A DNA stretch of 64,000 bases from Proteromonas lacertae (taxonomy: Eukaryota), in NCBI GenBank assembly GCA_002245135.1, contig NGBS01000334.1, forward strand, positions 1 to 64,000, given 5' to 3'. The notes beneath the pieces were generated by a model. The model was not told the DNA's origin. It saw only the letters and a program-made list of their open reading frames with translations, and did not search any database. The stretch's first letter is position 1. Every line of letters starts with the position of its first letter. Shown piece by piece: positions 14,523 through 28,600 of this stretch. The translations under genes were made by a program, and so were the position numbers.

Positions 14523-14564
14523 ATGTCGATTCATTTTGAACCGACATTTTGAATCGGTATTTGT
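14523..14564 (+). promoter_or_regulatory. Three TGAAYCGRYAT motifs upstream of sugar porter copy 2
   Basis: ATGTCGATTCA (inverted), TGAACCGACAT and TGAATCGGTAT within 42 bp, about 55-95 bp before ATG 14617. Confidence 0.65.
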
Positions 14565-14616
14565 TTATTTTATTTTATTTCAAGATTTCTTGACATTTTC
14601 AAAAGTATAATCAAAA

Positions 14617-16199
14617 ATGTTAGAAGATTTAGTAATTCCAGGTATATATTAACTTCATTTATAAATTATATTTTTGTTTATATTAAATACAGTTTTAAGT
14701 CTAATATATTCACTTTAAGAATATTTATTTTATTATATAAATAGCTCTTGTCAACTCACTTTGTGGTTTAGCACTAGGATATAACAGTGCTGTTATCAGT
14801 GGTTTTAAAACTAGAGTAATTAAGTTCAACTACTTCGAGAATTTGGATGAAAACAGTGATGAATATACTGTGTACGATGTATATTTCAAAAATATAATTT
14901 AAATGATAGGGACTTTACACATCAGCTGCTTCTTTTGGTAGTATAGCTGGTAGTACATTAGGTATATGGTTAGCTGATAAATTTGGTCGTCGTAAGAGTT
15001 TGATATTAGGAGGGTTTATCTTGACAGCCATTCCAGTAATTTTAGCAATCATCGAGAACTATTGGGCAGCGTTTGTGATGAGAATAATTCTTGGATTTGC
15101 TATAGGTCTGTGTAGTTGTGTTGGTCCAACTTATGTAACAGAGACAGTAGATGCAAAATATCGAGGAAGAATTGGTAGTATGTATCAATTAATTGTAACA
15201 TTCAGTATGGCCCTTGGTTATTTCATTAATTTGGGTTTTGCCAAGAATGATTATGACACAAGTAAGCCTTTTGATAAATGGCAATGGTCAATTCAATATG
15301 CTATTGGTGCTTTTGTTGGATTATTGATATTGATTTGTTGTATGTTTGCAAAAGAAACACCAGTATGGTTAAATAAACAAAAGAATGGAAATTCTGAACA
15401 AAGTCAAACCAAAGTAACAGTAACAGAAACAATAGATACAGCTGGTAAAATAAAATGGTATTCATTTGCTGTAATCTTTGGTGCTTGTGCTCAATTATGT
15501 GGAATTAATGCCATTATGTTTTACAGTAATAAAATCTTAGAAAAAGCAGGTTTAACAAATCCTTATATTGCAACAGCTTGTGTAGTTGGTTTATGGAACT
15601 TTGTTAGTACAGCTTTAGCTATGCCATTCCTTGACAGATTCAAAAGAAGAACTTTGATGATTGGTACTTATTTTGGATTAGCTATTGGTAATTTGGTGAT
15701 GGCAATCAGTTATGTAGCTAATGTAACTGCTTTATCGATAGTTGGATTGGTTATTTTCTTATTCATGTTTGAATGGGGACCAGGTCCATTATTTTGGGTT
15801 ATTGCCAGTGAAGCTTTCCCATCTTCCATTCGTAGTAGTGGTTTAAGTGTATCTGTAACAGTTAACAACCTTGCCAACATTGTAATATCATTTACATTCC
15901 CAATCTTAGAAAAAGCAGTTGGTTCAAAAGTAGTATTCTTCATATTTATGGCAATTTGTGCTTTTGCAGCTGTTTATTGTTTCTTCTTCTTACCAGAAAG
16001 TAGTACAACTGCAATAAAAGAAACTGAAAAATCTAAAGCCACCACTACAACAATAAGTAGTAATGCAGTTCCAACAACAACCGAAGAGAATTATGTAAAG
16101 AAAGAAGGTCAACCATCTGTTACTACAGTTGAATTACCAGCAGCTCCAACAACTGCCACAAAAGAAAATGGTGAATCTAAATTACCAGTTGTTGCTTAA
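14617..16199 (+). CDS. MFS sugar porter (GLUT-like), copy 2
   Basis: ATG 14617 (MLEDLVIP); same intron pattern and motifs as copy 1; near-identical 3' half. Confidence 0.92.
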
Positions 16200-16305
16200 A
16201 TAATCTCTTTGTGTAAATATAAATAAATACATATACATATATATTAATAAGAAATAATATATTTTTTGTTTTTTGGATTTAATTTAAAACAACAAAATAT
16301 ACACT

Positions 16306-16907
16306 TTAAAACATTATAAAATTACTATCAATATTATTCTTATATCCATGATATCCTTCTTCCAAAATATTAACAACAAAGTCTACATTCTCTACAGCTA
16401 TTTTCTATTCATAATAACAATAATCATTATATTATATACTCTACCAATATTCAAACTTTGTTTTCCATTTTTACATATCAAATAAAATTCATTTATATTA
16501 TTCTTTTTACAATATTCTATTATAGAAAGTGGCTTTATATCTTTTAAACAGATACAACAGTCAAAACCATATATTTCTATCTCTTTTTCACTTCTTATAT
16601 CAAATATTTTCGTTTCTTTTGTTAAAATATCTGAAAAATCATTCCAATTAATAATATGGATATTATTGGCTAAATCATCTGATTCTTTGATTATTTCTTC
16701 TTCTTTTTCTTTTATATTGCTTATTTTATTCTTACATATTTTACATTTTTCGGGTTTTCTTCTAGTTTTGATATTTCTCATTGAATTTGTAAGTGAATTA
16801 TAAAACATTATATTTCCACATAATACATTTGGATGATGAAGTAATACTTTGATTGTTTCAGTAGCTAAAAGTGATCCAAATATTCCAGGAAGTGGAGACA
16901 TTACTGG

Positions 16908-16938
<31 letters not shown>

Positions 16939-17615
16939 TACTGTTATAATTTCTTTGGATTGTGGATGGAACTATACATTCATAACAAGGACCATTCTCA
17001 TAATTATAAACTGTTATTTCACCTTCCCAACCAAATAATGAACCACTCACTAAAGGAATGTTGTTCTTTGAACAGTATTTGTTCATTAATAATCTGGTAT
17101 CGATATTATCTACACAATCAACTACACAATCAATATCTTTTATCATTTCGCTTGCTGTTTCTTCAGTCAGTTTTATTGGCAATGATTTTATGTTTAGATT
17201 ATTATTTATACCTTTCATACGATTAACTAAACAATCACTCTATTATATTATAATTATTACTATATTCATACCTTCTTTCTCTTCTCTTTTGCATCAACTT
17301 CACTAAAACCAATTTGTCGAGGAAGATTAGATATAGAAACTATATCATCATCTATAACTGATATATTTCCAACTCCACTTCCTGCCAAATACAAACCAGT
17401 TGGACAACCTAACCCTCCAGCTCCAACTATTAATATTTTGCATTTTAACAGTATGTCCTATTCATTCTAATTATATTTTTATTATACTTGTTCATTCACT
17501 CCAAAACTATTACAAACCAATTGTCTTCCAAATCTTTCAGCTTTATCTTTTTCATAGCTTATTCGAGGTTTCAAAATATCTGGAATGAATTCAGATAAGA
17601 ATTTATACTTTGCAT
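16306..17615 (-). CDS. UBA4: UBA4/MOCS3 adenylyltransferase-sulfurtransferase (ThiF/MoeB plus rhodanese)
   Basis: [48 protein letters not shown], and C-terminal rhodanese FDIRS...ICKNGKQS. Start approximate. Confidence 0.85.
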
Positions 17616-17669
17616 GTGTTTTAGTTGAATTACAAAAAATATAGTGGTTTCCTAATTTAAAAATTCAAA

Positions 17670-19706
17670 ATGAATTGTGATGTAATGATCAACTACTTGA
17701 ACTTACACAATTTTTCAGTTCTGAAATCACGATCAATAAAGAATGCTACAGTATATAATTGATATAATATTTAGATCAGCGTTGGAGTGAAAGAAGTTGA
17801 TAATATTGATATGAAAGGAATATTTATATCATTTGTGAATAAATCTTTATTCTTCAGGTTGGATAACAAATTCTCGTGTATAATATAGTCTTTATTCGTA
17901 ATTATAATCCTTTAGTGTTTGGAAAGTTCCGAAAAGAAGGTAAAGCGACAATAAGATGTGAAAAGGAAGGATATCAAATACTAATATCTCATGGAAATGC
18001 CGAATGTATAGAAGAAATGTTTAATGAAATTCTATTTATGAATAATGTTGATATTGGAAATGATAAAAAGAAGATTGATAAAAAATACAATGAGCAAATG
18101 GAAAATAGAATAAGAAGAATAAGTGGAAATGAAACAAATAATTCCTCAATGAAGAGAAAAAGTTTTGAAAGTCAATCAAATAATATGAAATTGAAACAAG
18201 CAAAAATAAGTAATGAAATATTAGAAAATTTCAATTTATCGAATGAACAAAAAGTATTTGTAATATTAATATAATGTAATAGGAAGTAATAGATGAAATA
18301 AAATGTGGTAATAATGTGTTTATAACAGGTCCAGCAGGAAGTGGCAAATCATATTTATTGAAATACATAATAGAATTATATAAAGATCATAATTTATGTG
18401 TAACTTCAAGTAGTGGTATTAGTGCTTATAATATAAATGGAATGACACTTCATAATTGGTCAGGAATTCCCTATATTGATGTATGAATTATAATGATATA
18501 TATATTTGAATAGACAAAGAATATAAAAGAATGTTATAACTATGTAAAATCACATCAAAATATAGTTTACAGATGGAAGAATACAAGAATATTGATAATT
18601 GATGAAATATCAATGATAAGTGCATCAATGTTTGATAAATTGGAAATACTTACAAGATCATTTTTAAATGAAGAAAAAGCATTTGGTGGAATTCAATTGA
18701 TAATAACTGGTGATTTTCTGCAATTACCTCCAGGTATATTCATCACTTTATTTATTCTATAGTAAATGATGATCATTTCTGTTTTGAAGCAAAAGGCTGG
18801 AATAAATGTATTAAAAAGTCATTTAATGTATAAAATAATGGTTTGATTTATTCTATTTAGTTGAATAAGATATACCGACAGAATGATAGTATTTATAAAA
18901 GAATATTGAATGAAATAAGAATTGGAGAAATAAGTGATGAATCAATTGAGATATTGAATAAAAGAGTGATTTTGAATGAGAATATTGATGAAATCCATTT
19001 ATATACACATAAGAAAGATGTAGAAAGAGTATAATTAATGATGTTATTAATATTGATAGAGAAATAATGATTTATTAAACAAATTAGATACGAAATTAAT
19101 AGAATATAAAGCAAGAGATAGTCACAACAGTTCATCCACAGAAATAATGAATAAATATTGTGCAGCTGTTGAAACACTGAAACTAAAAAGTATAATGAAT
19201 AATATTTATATTTATATGTAATAGTTGGTGCAAAAGTCTTGTTAATAAAGACAATTAATTCCAAAGATGGTTTAGTGAATGGAATGAGAGGAATTGTTAC
19301 AGGATTTTCAAAAACTAATTCTCCAGTGATAAAGTTTGGAAATGGAATAGAAAGAATAATTTCATTAGAAGAATGGGTTTATACAATTAATAATAACATT
19401 TACACAAGAAGACAATATCCTATTGTTTTGGTATTACTGAATATAAATATATTGAATATAGGGATGGGCTATTAGTATTCACAAAAGTCAAGGATTAACA
19501 TTGGATTCTGCAGTTATTGATATCTCGAAAATCTTTGAATATGGTCAAGCCTATGTAGCATTATCGAGAGTTAGAGATTTGAATGGATTATATCTTTCAA
19601 AATCTATAAATAGAGATATTATCAAAGTAAACTCAAAAGTATAATTCCTCTAAATCTATACTTTTAGGCAATTCAGTTTCACAGAACACTAATAGATGAA
19701 AAGTAA
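17670..19706 (+). CDS. PIF1: PIF1-family 5'-3' DNA helicase (multi-exon)
   Basis: Read across introns: [69 protein letters not shown]. Confidence 0.9.
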
Positions 19707-19809
19707 ATAAGTGTTAATTTAATGTAATTCTTTGTTTTTTGTTGATTTATTCAAAATACATTTTCACAACAAAGCTTGATATCTGTTTGTGTTCGTTATT
19801 CATAATTTT

Positions 19810-21689
19810 ATGAGTGAAGTAGTTCAGGAAGAGTATTTTTCATGTATATAACTTTCAGGTCAATAGAGACTGTGCTGAAGAAGGAGGAGTCAACAATATG
19901 GGATATTTTGAGATGTAACGATTGTTTAGATGAAGTCAAGTTTGAAAACTCAAAACTAATCAACCGATTAGCTACACTAGAATCATTTCGTAAATTAGTT
20001 ATGTACGTTTGAAATCATATATTCTAGTTATTCTATTGGTAAAAGGGAAAAAAGAGAATCATATGATGAGATTGATAAATACAGAGTTCCATTTTATGCA
20101 TCAGAAATACTATGTACAAGAAATAGTCAGTTTATGTCAGTTTATCAAGATAATGGTCAAGAACTTGCTATGAGTCTACTATCTTTGATAGAGGGTGATT
20201 CAAATGATATAGATGAAACGTATAAAATATTTTATATGCCATTTGAATAGAATCAGCGGATATTTTGCCAAAATTCTTGCTTTCTACATCCGTATAATGA
20301 CAAATGATTTAAAAGTTGTACTTAATCCTGATTATTTTACAATGTTTCTAAAACATATATATAGTTATGGTATAATGGATGGATTGAGGATATTATTCGA
20401 TTTGCCTCATGAAGATACACCATTGCGTTGGTGGGGTAAAACTGATGAAGCTACAGCGTTATTATTAAACGCATTATTTATAGATTCGCCAGATGAGTAT
20501 TATTACAGGAATCTAAAGGAATTGTATATTTCATTTATTCAAAGAGGAGCATCAATTATGTATATATTATTAATACTATTTTATTATACGTTCTTGGTCA
20601 TTTTACTTTAATTATCTAATCAATACAAATATATATATATATATATGAATAGTCCAGGACAACAAAACCCACCAACTACCATTCTATTAATTGCATTCTG
20701 TCAAAATAACGTCATTCGAAGAATATTCAAATTAATAGAAAAACCAACATCAAATAATCCAGACCAACAGCTTTGTGCATTAGCAATAATAGAAAAACTA
20801 TACGATCGATTTGTAAATATAGATGCAGTAGATTATGGTGGATATGAACCACAGTACAGCAGTAATAAAAAGAAAGTTGGACCAACTCCGCCGAGTTATG
20901 GTGTTGTACCATTATATTTTTTAGATTCATCAATAAAAGTATATATATATTATTCATATTTATATATATTATTGAAATAGACTGTTATAGATAGTATTAA
21001 TTATTTTAGACATATTTTCAAATATTCTGTGAAAGAAACACAGGAAGCTATAATTGGAAAGAAAGTTAAAGAATTGGTATGAATATAAAATATATTTAAT
21101 TTATTATTTTCATTTAATATATATAGTATAAAACTCCTCCAATTAAATGTTCAAAGATTCTGATGGCACATGTTCACGCATTTGATGCTATTTTAACAAC
21201 TCATATCCCTCAAATATATACAAAAGTAATGGAAACAGGAGTGATGGATGAATATTATAAGATGTTTATATATTTCACACAGAATTCAATCATTCACAGT
21301 AAATTTTGTCAATCAATTCAAAGTATTGTTGATTGTACTGCACATCCACTGTTTAAATGTATATATATTCTATAATATTATATATAGTTTTGGTTGAAAA
21401 TATGAAATTACTAGATAGATTTAATAATTATTATATTGAATGTAAAGAAGGAATGAAAGAGAAAAATTATTTATTATTTCCTCCATTGAGTTATATATAT
21501 AAATTGATTGTTTATATTTTAACTACTGCAGGTGGTGTTATTGATCAGAAAACTGGTATTTATAAAGGTTTTCCAAATCCTAAGCAAAATGAGTTGACTA
21601 TATATCTGAGTAAATCAAAAGAATGGGAAGATTTTGTTCTTACAGATCTTTTCCAAGATGCTTGTTTGAGGATAGGTAGATATTTATAA
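19810..21689 (+). CDS. SAPS-domain protein (PP6/SIT4 phosphatase regulatory subunit-like)
   Basis: Exons encode KYRVPFYASEILC, GYFAKIL, FLKHI, NSIIH and WEDFV, typical of the SAPS family. Confidence 0.65.
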
Positions 21690-21961
21690 TTTTAATCATT
21701 TCATTTTCTTAATATTTATGATAATCAATTTGTTTTTATGTTTTATGTTTTGGATTATTAATACTTTTTATGAATGTGTTGTCTTAACAATTACAAAAAA
21801 CATATTTATAAAATTATATTCGTTATTAAAGAAAATGAATTATTGATTTATAAGAGATTTTCATAATTAACAAATACTTATGATTAAAATATAAAACATA
21901 ATTTAATTGAATAAAAAAATTCAGAAAACAAAAAACTTTACGATATTATTAATTCTTTCAT

Positions 21962-24900
21962 CTAATTAGTCTTTTCTTTGGCATATCCTGTGTTAATATT
22001 TGGACCAGATCCTGTAAGAAATGAAACTATTCTATTAATGGACAATGGCTGTACAGTATGAGGAGATACCATTGGTTTTGGTTGTGATTGACTAGATGGA
22101 GTTGTATTTGTATTTACATTACTTGTATTTGTATTTAATTGTGTTTCTTTTGATATATTTTGGTTTATTTTATCCTCAAATATATTCCTTACAAAATCAG
22201 TCTGTTGGAAAAAGTCACTTGTTGTTACTTTACTTTTATTATTATAATTATTATTACTATCAACTGAATTATCATTATTATTATGTTGTTGTTGTTGATT
22301 ATTATCTGTATTTAGTTTATTATTATTATTCTCTTCTTCTTCTTCATTATTTTTTACCATCATCTTTTTTCTTTCTTCCAATTTTCTTTTCATTTCTCTA
22401 TAAATTCTCATTTCTTCTTCTAATTGTGCATTTGATTTTCTACCTCTTCTTCCTTTCTGATATTGAGATGGTTCTTCTAATTCTGTTATTGAATCAATAT
22501 CTATTGTTGCAATAGAATTGCTTGATTCTCCTTTGTTCTCATTCTCTTTTTCATTTTCATTTTGATTTTCATTTGTTGTTGTTTTTGTTGAACGTCTATG
22601 ATATGGCCTTTTAGGAGGTAATTCTTGCAAAAAATTTTCATTTATTTCTTTATGCCGATGATAAGGTCTTTTAGCTGGCAGTTCTTCTGATTTATTCTCA
22701 TTTGTTTGTTTATGTTTGTGATATGGTCTTTTAACTTTTACTTCTTCTTCTTTTAATTTACTACTATTACTTTCTTTAGAATGCTTATGCTTGTGATAAG
22801 GTCGTTTTGATGTTGATTCCTCTTGTTTATTTTCATTTGTTTGATTATGCTTATGGTAGGGCCTTTTAGTGGGTAATTCTACTAATTTACTATTATTACT
22901 ACTATAAGTATGCTTATGGTATGGTCTTTTTGTTTTTGATAATTCTTTTTTAATTTTTAATTTTTCTTGTTTTTCTTCTTCTTCTGTATGTCGATGATAT
23001 GTTTTTGTTTCTTTATAAGATACAACTGGTTTTAATTGTTTTTCATATAGATTTTTTTGATGATGTTTTTTAGATTTCTTTCCATTTTCATATTTTACTG
23101 TTTTACTAGATTCCTTTTCTTCCTTTTTAGTCTTTTTATTAATCTGTGAAGATTTCTTTTTTAATTTTTCTTTTTCTTTTGCTTTTGCCTCTGCTTCAGC
23201 TTCTGCAGCAATTCTTTCTAATTCTTCAGCTAATTTTTCAGCTTTTGATTTTCTACCTCTTTTCTTCTTCACAACAGGTGGTTGTGGTTCTTCTTCTACT
23301 TCTTCTTCTTCATCATCATCATCAGATCCACTCATTTCTATATCTTCTGGTTCTGATTCATACTTTCTATTTCTTTTAGATGCTAATTTAATTGGCTTAT
23401 TCTCTTCAATTATAGATGGTCTTCTTGAATGTGATATTGCTCTTGCTTTCTCAAAATCTGCTGCATTGATAATTACAGTTTCGTGTGTCATTAAAATACC
23501 TCTTCCAGTTTTGACAGTTTTCTTTGTAATTGAGCTTGGTGTTATAGTTAAATCATCATTTATTTTTATTGGTTTAACTTCTATTACTTCTTCTTCTACT
23601 TCTCCTATTTTGGAAGTTCTTCTTCCTCCCCTTTTCAGTTTCTTTGGTTTTCTTCCTGGTTTCTTTCTTACTTTCTTTTCTACTTCATTATTTTCCTCTT
23701 TTTCTTCTTCAACTTCTTCTTCACTTTCTTCCTCTTCCTCTTCCTCTTCATTTTCTTCTTCTTCCTCTTCTTCTTCTTCTTCTTCTGATATAGATTCTGC
23801 TGCTATTGCTCCTGCAACAGTTGCAGTTGAAAATTTAACCACTGGTTTTTTCTTTGGAGTAGTACTAGTTTTCTTTTTATACCATCTCTTATGTTTCTTA
23901 TATGGACCTCTTTTATTGGCTGTTGGCATATATTCTTCATTCTCTTCTTCTTTTTCTTTTTCTTCTTCTTTTTCTTCTATCTTTGTAACTTTTTCATTTT
24001 CCTTTTCTACTACTACCTTTTTCTTATATTCATTACTTTTTGATTCAGAATAATCACTGTCTTCATCTGATCTTTTACTTCTCATTTTAATATGCATAGT
24101 TTCATTCATCTCTTTCGATTTTGATTTTCTTGGACCTTTATAACCAACAGGAACTGTTGTTAATGGCAATGGTGGAACAACTATTGGAGAATTCCTCGTT
24201 TCTTTACCAGTAAGTAATGTTAAAACTATTGGACAATGATCACTTCCAGGTACTTTGTCTCTCATTGTTGAATCATCGACTGTATCGAGTAATTTTTTAC
24301 TTACTACAAAATAATCCAATCTCCAACCTCGATTACTTTCTTTCATATGATGACGATATCCCCAATATGAATATTGAGTTCTGTATGGATACAAAGCACG
24401 GAATACATCAACATATCCTTGTTTTAGTAATTCTGTGAAATTCTCTTTTTCTTCTTTTGTATTACCAGCATACTATTATTTATAAAAATAAAAACATATA
24501 AATATATACTTTATTATATGTTTTTAAACAATCATAAATATCACGATCTTGATGAGCTACATTTAAATCTCCACATAAAATAACTGGCTTTTTAGATTCT
24601 AATGATTTGATATAATTTCTTAATGCTATATCCCATTCTGTTACTCTAAATTCTAACCTTCTTAATCCATCTCCACTGTTTGGAACATAACAACCAACAA
24701 TATAAAATTTTTCATATTCTGCTGTTAATACTCTTCCTTCTTTATCCATCTATTTAGAAAAAATAAGAGAAAATATAAAAATTTGGAATAATCAAAATTT
24801 TGAATTTATATAATTTTATACATCTCGTTTTCCAACTCCATATGTGACTTTAAAAGGGGTTCTTTTAGCAAATAATGCTACTCCACTATATCCTTTCCTA

Positions 24901-25253
24901 TCAGATACTGAACAAGAATTGAAATAAGCTGTATAACCAGAAATCAATTTCGCAAATTGTGAACCATTATCACTTAATTTAGTTTCTTGCATGAATAATG
25001 CGTCTGGTGCTTCTTGTGATATATACGTCTAAAAATATTAATGATAATATACATCTAACAAACCAGGATTATTTATAAGTGATCTCAAGCCATTTACATT
25101 CCATGAAACAATCTTAAAACGCTGTTTTGCTGGTGCAATACCCTACGATATATTTTTATAACAAGTACTTTAAGTAACGTTTCTAATTTCGGTAATTTTT
25201 TGTTCTTTAATCAATAGAAGATAACAATATACAGTTTTTACCGATTCTGTCAT
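21962..25253 (-). CDS. AP endonuclease (APE1/exonuclease III family) with a ~750-aa charged, repeat-rich C-terminal extension
   Basis: ATG 25253. KIVSWNVNGLRS, MQETK, GYSGVA, EGRVLTAEY, YVPNSG, CGDLNVAH, YSYWGYR, GWRLDYF, GSDHCP. Confidence 0.9.
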
Positions 25254-25657
25254 AACAAACCTTATTGCACTCGCAGTATTAAAGAAACAATGATTTAAAA
25301 ACAATGTTACTAAATTATTATATGATTCCTATTTAACTCCTGAATTTATGGGGTGCGAAAATTATTCCTTTTTTAAAACAAGTTACATAATCTCATATAG
25401 CTTATAAATGATTAAAATTATCTTATGTTTTTGTTTTTATAATCATTTTCTACACAATAATTATATTGAAATGATTTGTCTTAATGATCTTAAATGTTGT
25501 TTTACGAATTGTTTCACTTCTTATTTTTAAATGAATAACACTTTTCTGAAGTAGTCATCATAATACAGCCAACAACAACACTTATTCATAATTTATAAAT
25601 TAAAAACGACTATATTTTTTGTGAGTTCAATTCTTTTTTATGTTGTAATGAGAAAGA

Positions 25658-28600
25658 ATGAGTAATTCAGTGCATCCTACTAGAGCATTTGTTATTATCG
25701 ATGTGCAAGTATTAAATATATCATATTATTTATAGAACGACTACTTTGCTAATGGAGTTTGTCCAATAGAAGGCGCTGAGGATATTCTGCCGGTCATTAA
25801 TAAATTAAGAAGAAAAGATTTTGATTTCACTATTTTAGTTCAATTATGGCATCCTATAAATCATTGTTCCTTTTCCTCAAATAATCCTGGCTATCCTCCC
25901 ATGAAAGTAAGTCATATACCAGATTTAGGTCCCCAAATGTTATGGCCAGATTACTGTGTTGCTGGAACTTATGGAGCAGAATTTCATCAAGAATTACTTA
26001 TTAGACATTCTGATATAATAATCCAATGTGGAAATAATCCAAATATCGATAATTATTCAGCATTTCGAGAAGTACGAAAAGATAATCAAAGTTGTATGAT
26101 TAACGAAATAATCACCCAAAACAATATAAAAGAAATATATTTCTGCGGATTAGCTGTAGAGTATGGTATACAATTCAATATACTCGATTGTAACATCTTT
26201 GCAACAGGTTGTCAAATATTTTGTATTACTGATGCTTGTAAAGGTTTTAATGAAGAAAAAATGAAAGAAATTCTAACCAAATTAGAATACGAAAAGGTAC
26301 ATACAGTCAATTCAAATGGACCAGAAATGCAATTAATAGCTGATATAGAAACACGTGTGTTAATAACGAATAATATAATAAATATTGTCTCATGTAAAGG
26401 AACAACAAATTATGAATTATCCACTCATCCATTGGAAGTAGGTGATAAATTGTGGTTGGATATGAAGAATAAATGTACAAAAATGAATAGTATGGTTGAA
26501 GGATGTTATTATATAAAAGGAAATAACAGTGATCATACAAATACTTCAGCTGATTTTTTAATTCTTTCACCAAAATCAAAGTGTTTATTATTTATTCTTT
26601 GGCCTGCAAGTAATAAGAAAACTACATGGTTATCGAAGAATTTTGAATTTCAAAACCAATACATTAATACTGATAGTTCCAATATAGTGTTAGAAATATG
26701 GAAAATGAAAGAATCAATTGGAGCTGGTGAAAGAATGTATTTAGGTGGAGCTGAAGGTAATCTAGTTGATAAACAACATTATAATTATATTGTTTGTATA
26801 AAATCCCAACGTATATTTTATATATATATATATATATAAATTTATTTTTATTTTTATTAATATTATATATATATATATATGTATAGCACCTGATGTAAAT
26901 GATGTAGTACATGCAATATACTATGAAACAGATGAAACTCTGAGGACAATAATGAGTAGTTGTGGTGAATTGGATAATCACTTACCTCCATTGAGTAGAA
27001 CACCATTTCATGCAGCTGTAGTAGCCAATAGAATCTTAGCAATTGATATATTATTAGAATGTGGTATAGATATCAATGCTCCTGATATAAATGGAGATAC
27101 TCCTTTAATATTAGCTTGTAGACTGAATAGAATAGAGATAATAGAAAAAATGATTATTGAAAAGACGTTAAGAGTAAATGCAGTTAGTAAATTAGATAAA
27201 GGAAGTGCTTTATTAATAGCTTGTCAAATGGGAAATACGAAAGCTGTTCAATTAATTGCAGATCATGGTGCTTTAGTAAGTGCTACAAATAGATATAATA
27301 CAACTTCATTAACATTTGCATTTTATCACCACGAAGATATAGCTTATAGAATAATTAACATTTTATTTGCACATACGAATAATAATGAAGAAAAATCATT
27401 TCTTTTACAAGAACAAGATAAATTCGGTTGGAATGCAATCACAGTAGCTGCAAGAGTTGGATTTTTACATAAAATCAATTTTTCAAAATTTCCAGGTTTG
27501 ATAGACAAAGTGTCTGTAAATTGTTATACCAAAAGAGGTTTTAGTTTATTACATTATACATCATGGAATTGTAATTTAGATGATATCAATATGTTAATAG
27601 AAAATAGTCATTATTGGAAGGAAGAATTAGAATTAAATACAATTAGTGAAGAAAATGGATATAGTGAATTAGATTTAACTATTTTAAAAGATAATAATGA
27701 ATGTAGTAGAACTTTAGTTTTAGGTGGATCACATGCTACAATTTGTACAGGACAATCCATTCATCGTTTATTATACTATATGATTACAATGGGAGAAAAT
27801 AATGTAGTAGAAGGCTTGTTGAGATTTGATGATAATAAGTTTAATATTGACGAATCATTGATAAAATATACGAAAAGAACGAAATATATTGGCAGTTGTA
27901 CATTTTCATTTGCTAATTTTACTAATCCCATAACACAGCATATGTACAGATGTGTTACTTGTGATACTTTGATATGTAATATTTGTAGATTGAAATGTCA
28001 TAATGGACATGAGATATTATATAAAGGATTAGTAAATGATACTTATTGTTTTTGTCAAAAATCAACTTGTCAAGCTTTGCTTGGTGTAGATAAAAGAGAA
28101 ACGGAAGGTTATAAATACGTTCCAAATCCAATTGATACTTCATCTGTACAAGATAATCCAAACTTGGATAAATTAATTCAATGTTTAGCCATTAATAGTC
28201 ATGAAGTATGGAGTCAAGAACATATTGAAGATGGTTGGAGATATGGTCAACAAAGAGATAATAAAAGACATATTCATCCTTTACTTTTACCATGGAATTT
28301 ACTAACAGATGGTGATAAAAAGTGGGATTTAGAATCTGCTAAACATAATATAAGATTAATTGAATATTTAGGATATGAAATTATATGTGAAAGTGAAGAT
28401 TATTCAAATGCATTTTTAGATGAATGCAGTATGAATTATGAAGGTGGTAAATACAATCCAAGTCCATTAGACACTTCAGAAGTTCAATTGACTGATCAAA
28501 TGTTAGTATTAGTTCAATTATTAGCTAAAAACAGTCATGAAGAATGGGCAAAAAGTAAAATAGACAATGGTTGGAAATATGCCCCAGAAGGTAAAGATAG

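Noticed and set aside
17670..19706. PIF1 as part of a Helitron
   Set aside because: No HUH Rep domain or Helitron ends; an intron-rich gene with an N-terminal domain like cellular PIF1.
22096..24053. Plus-strand ORFs (139, 77, 195 aa) and similar antisense ORFs elsewhere (6600, 15710, 42317, 42447)
   Set aside because: Shadow frames of low-complexity or conserved coding sequence.
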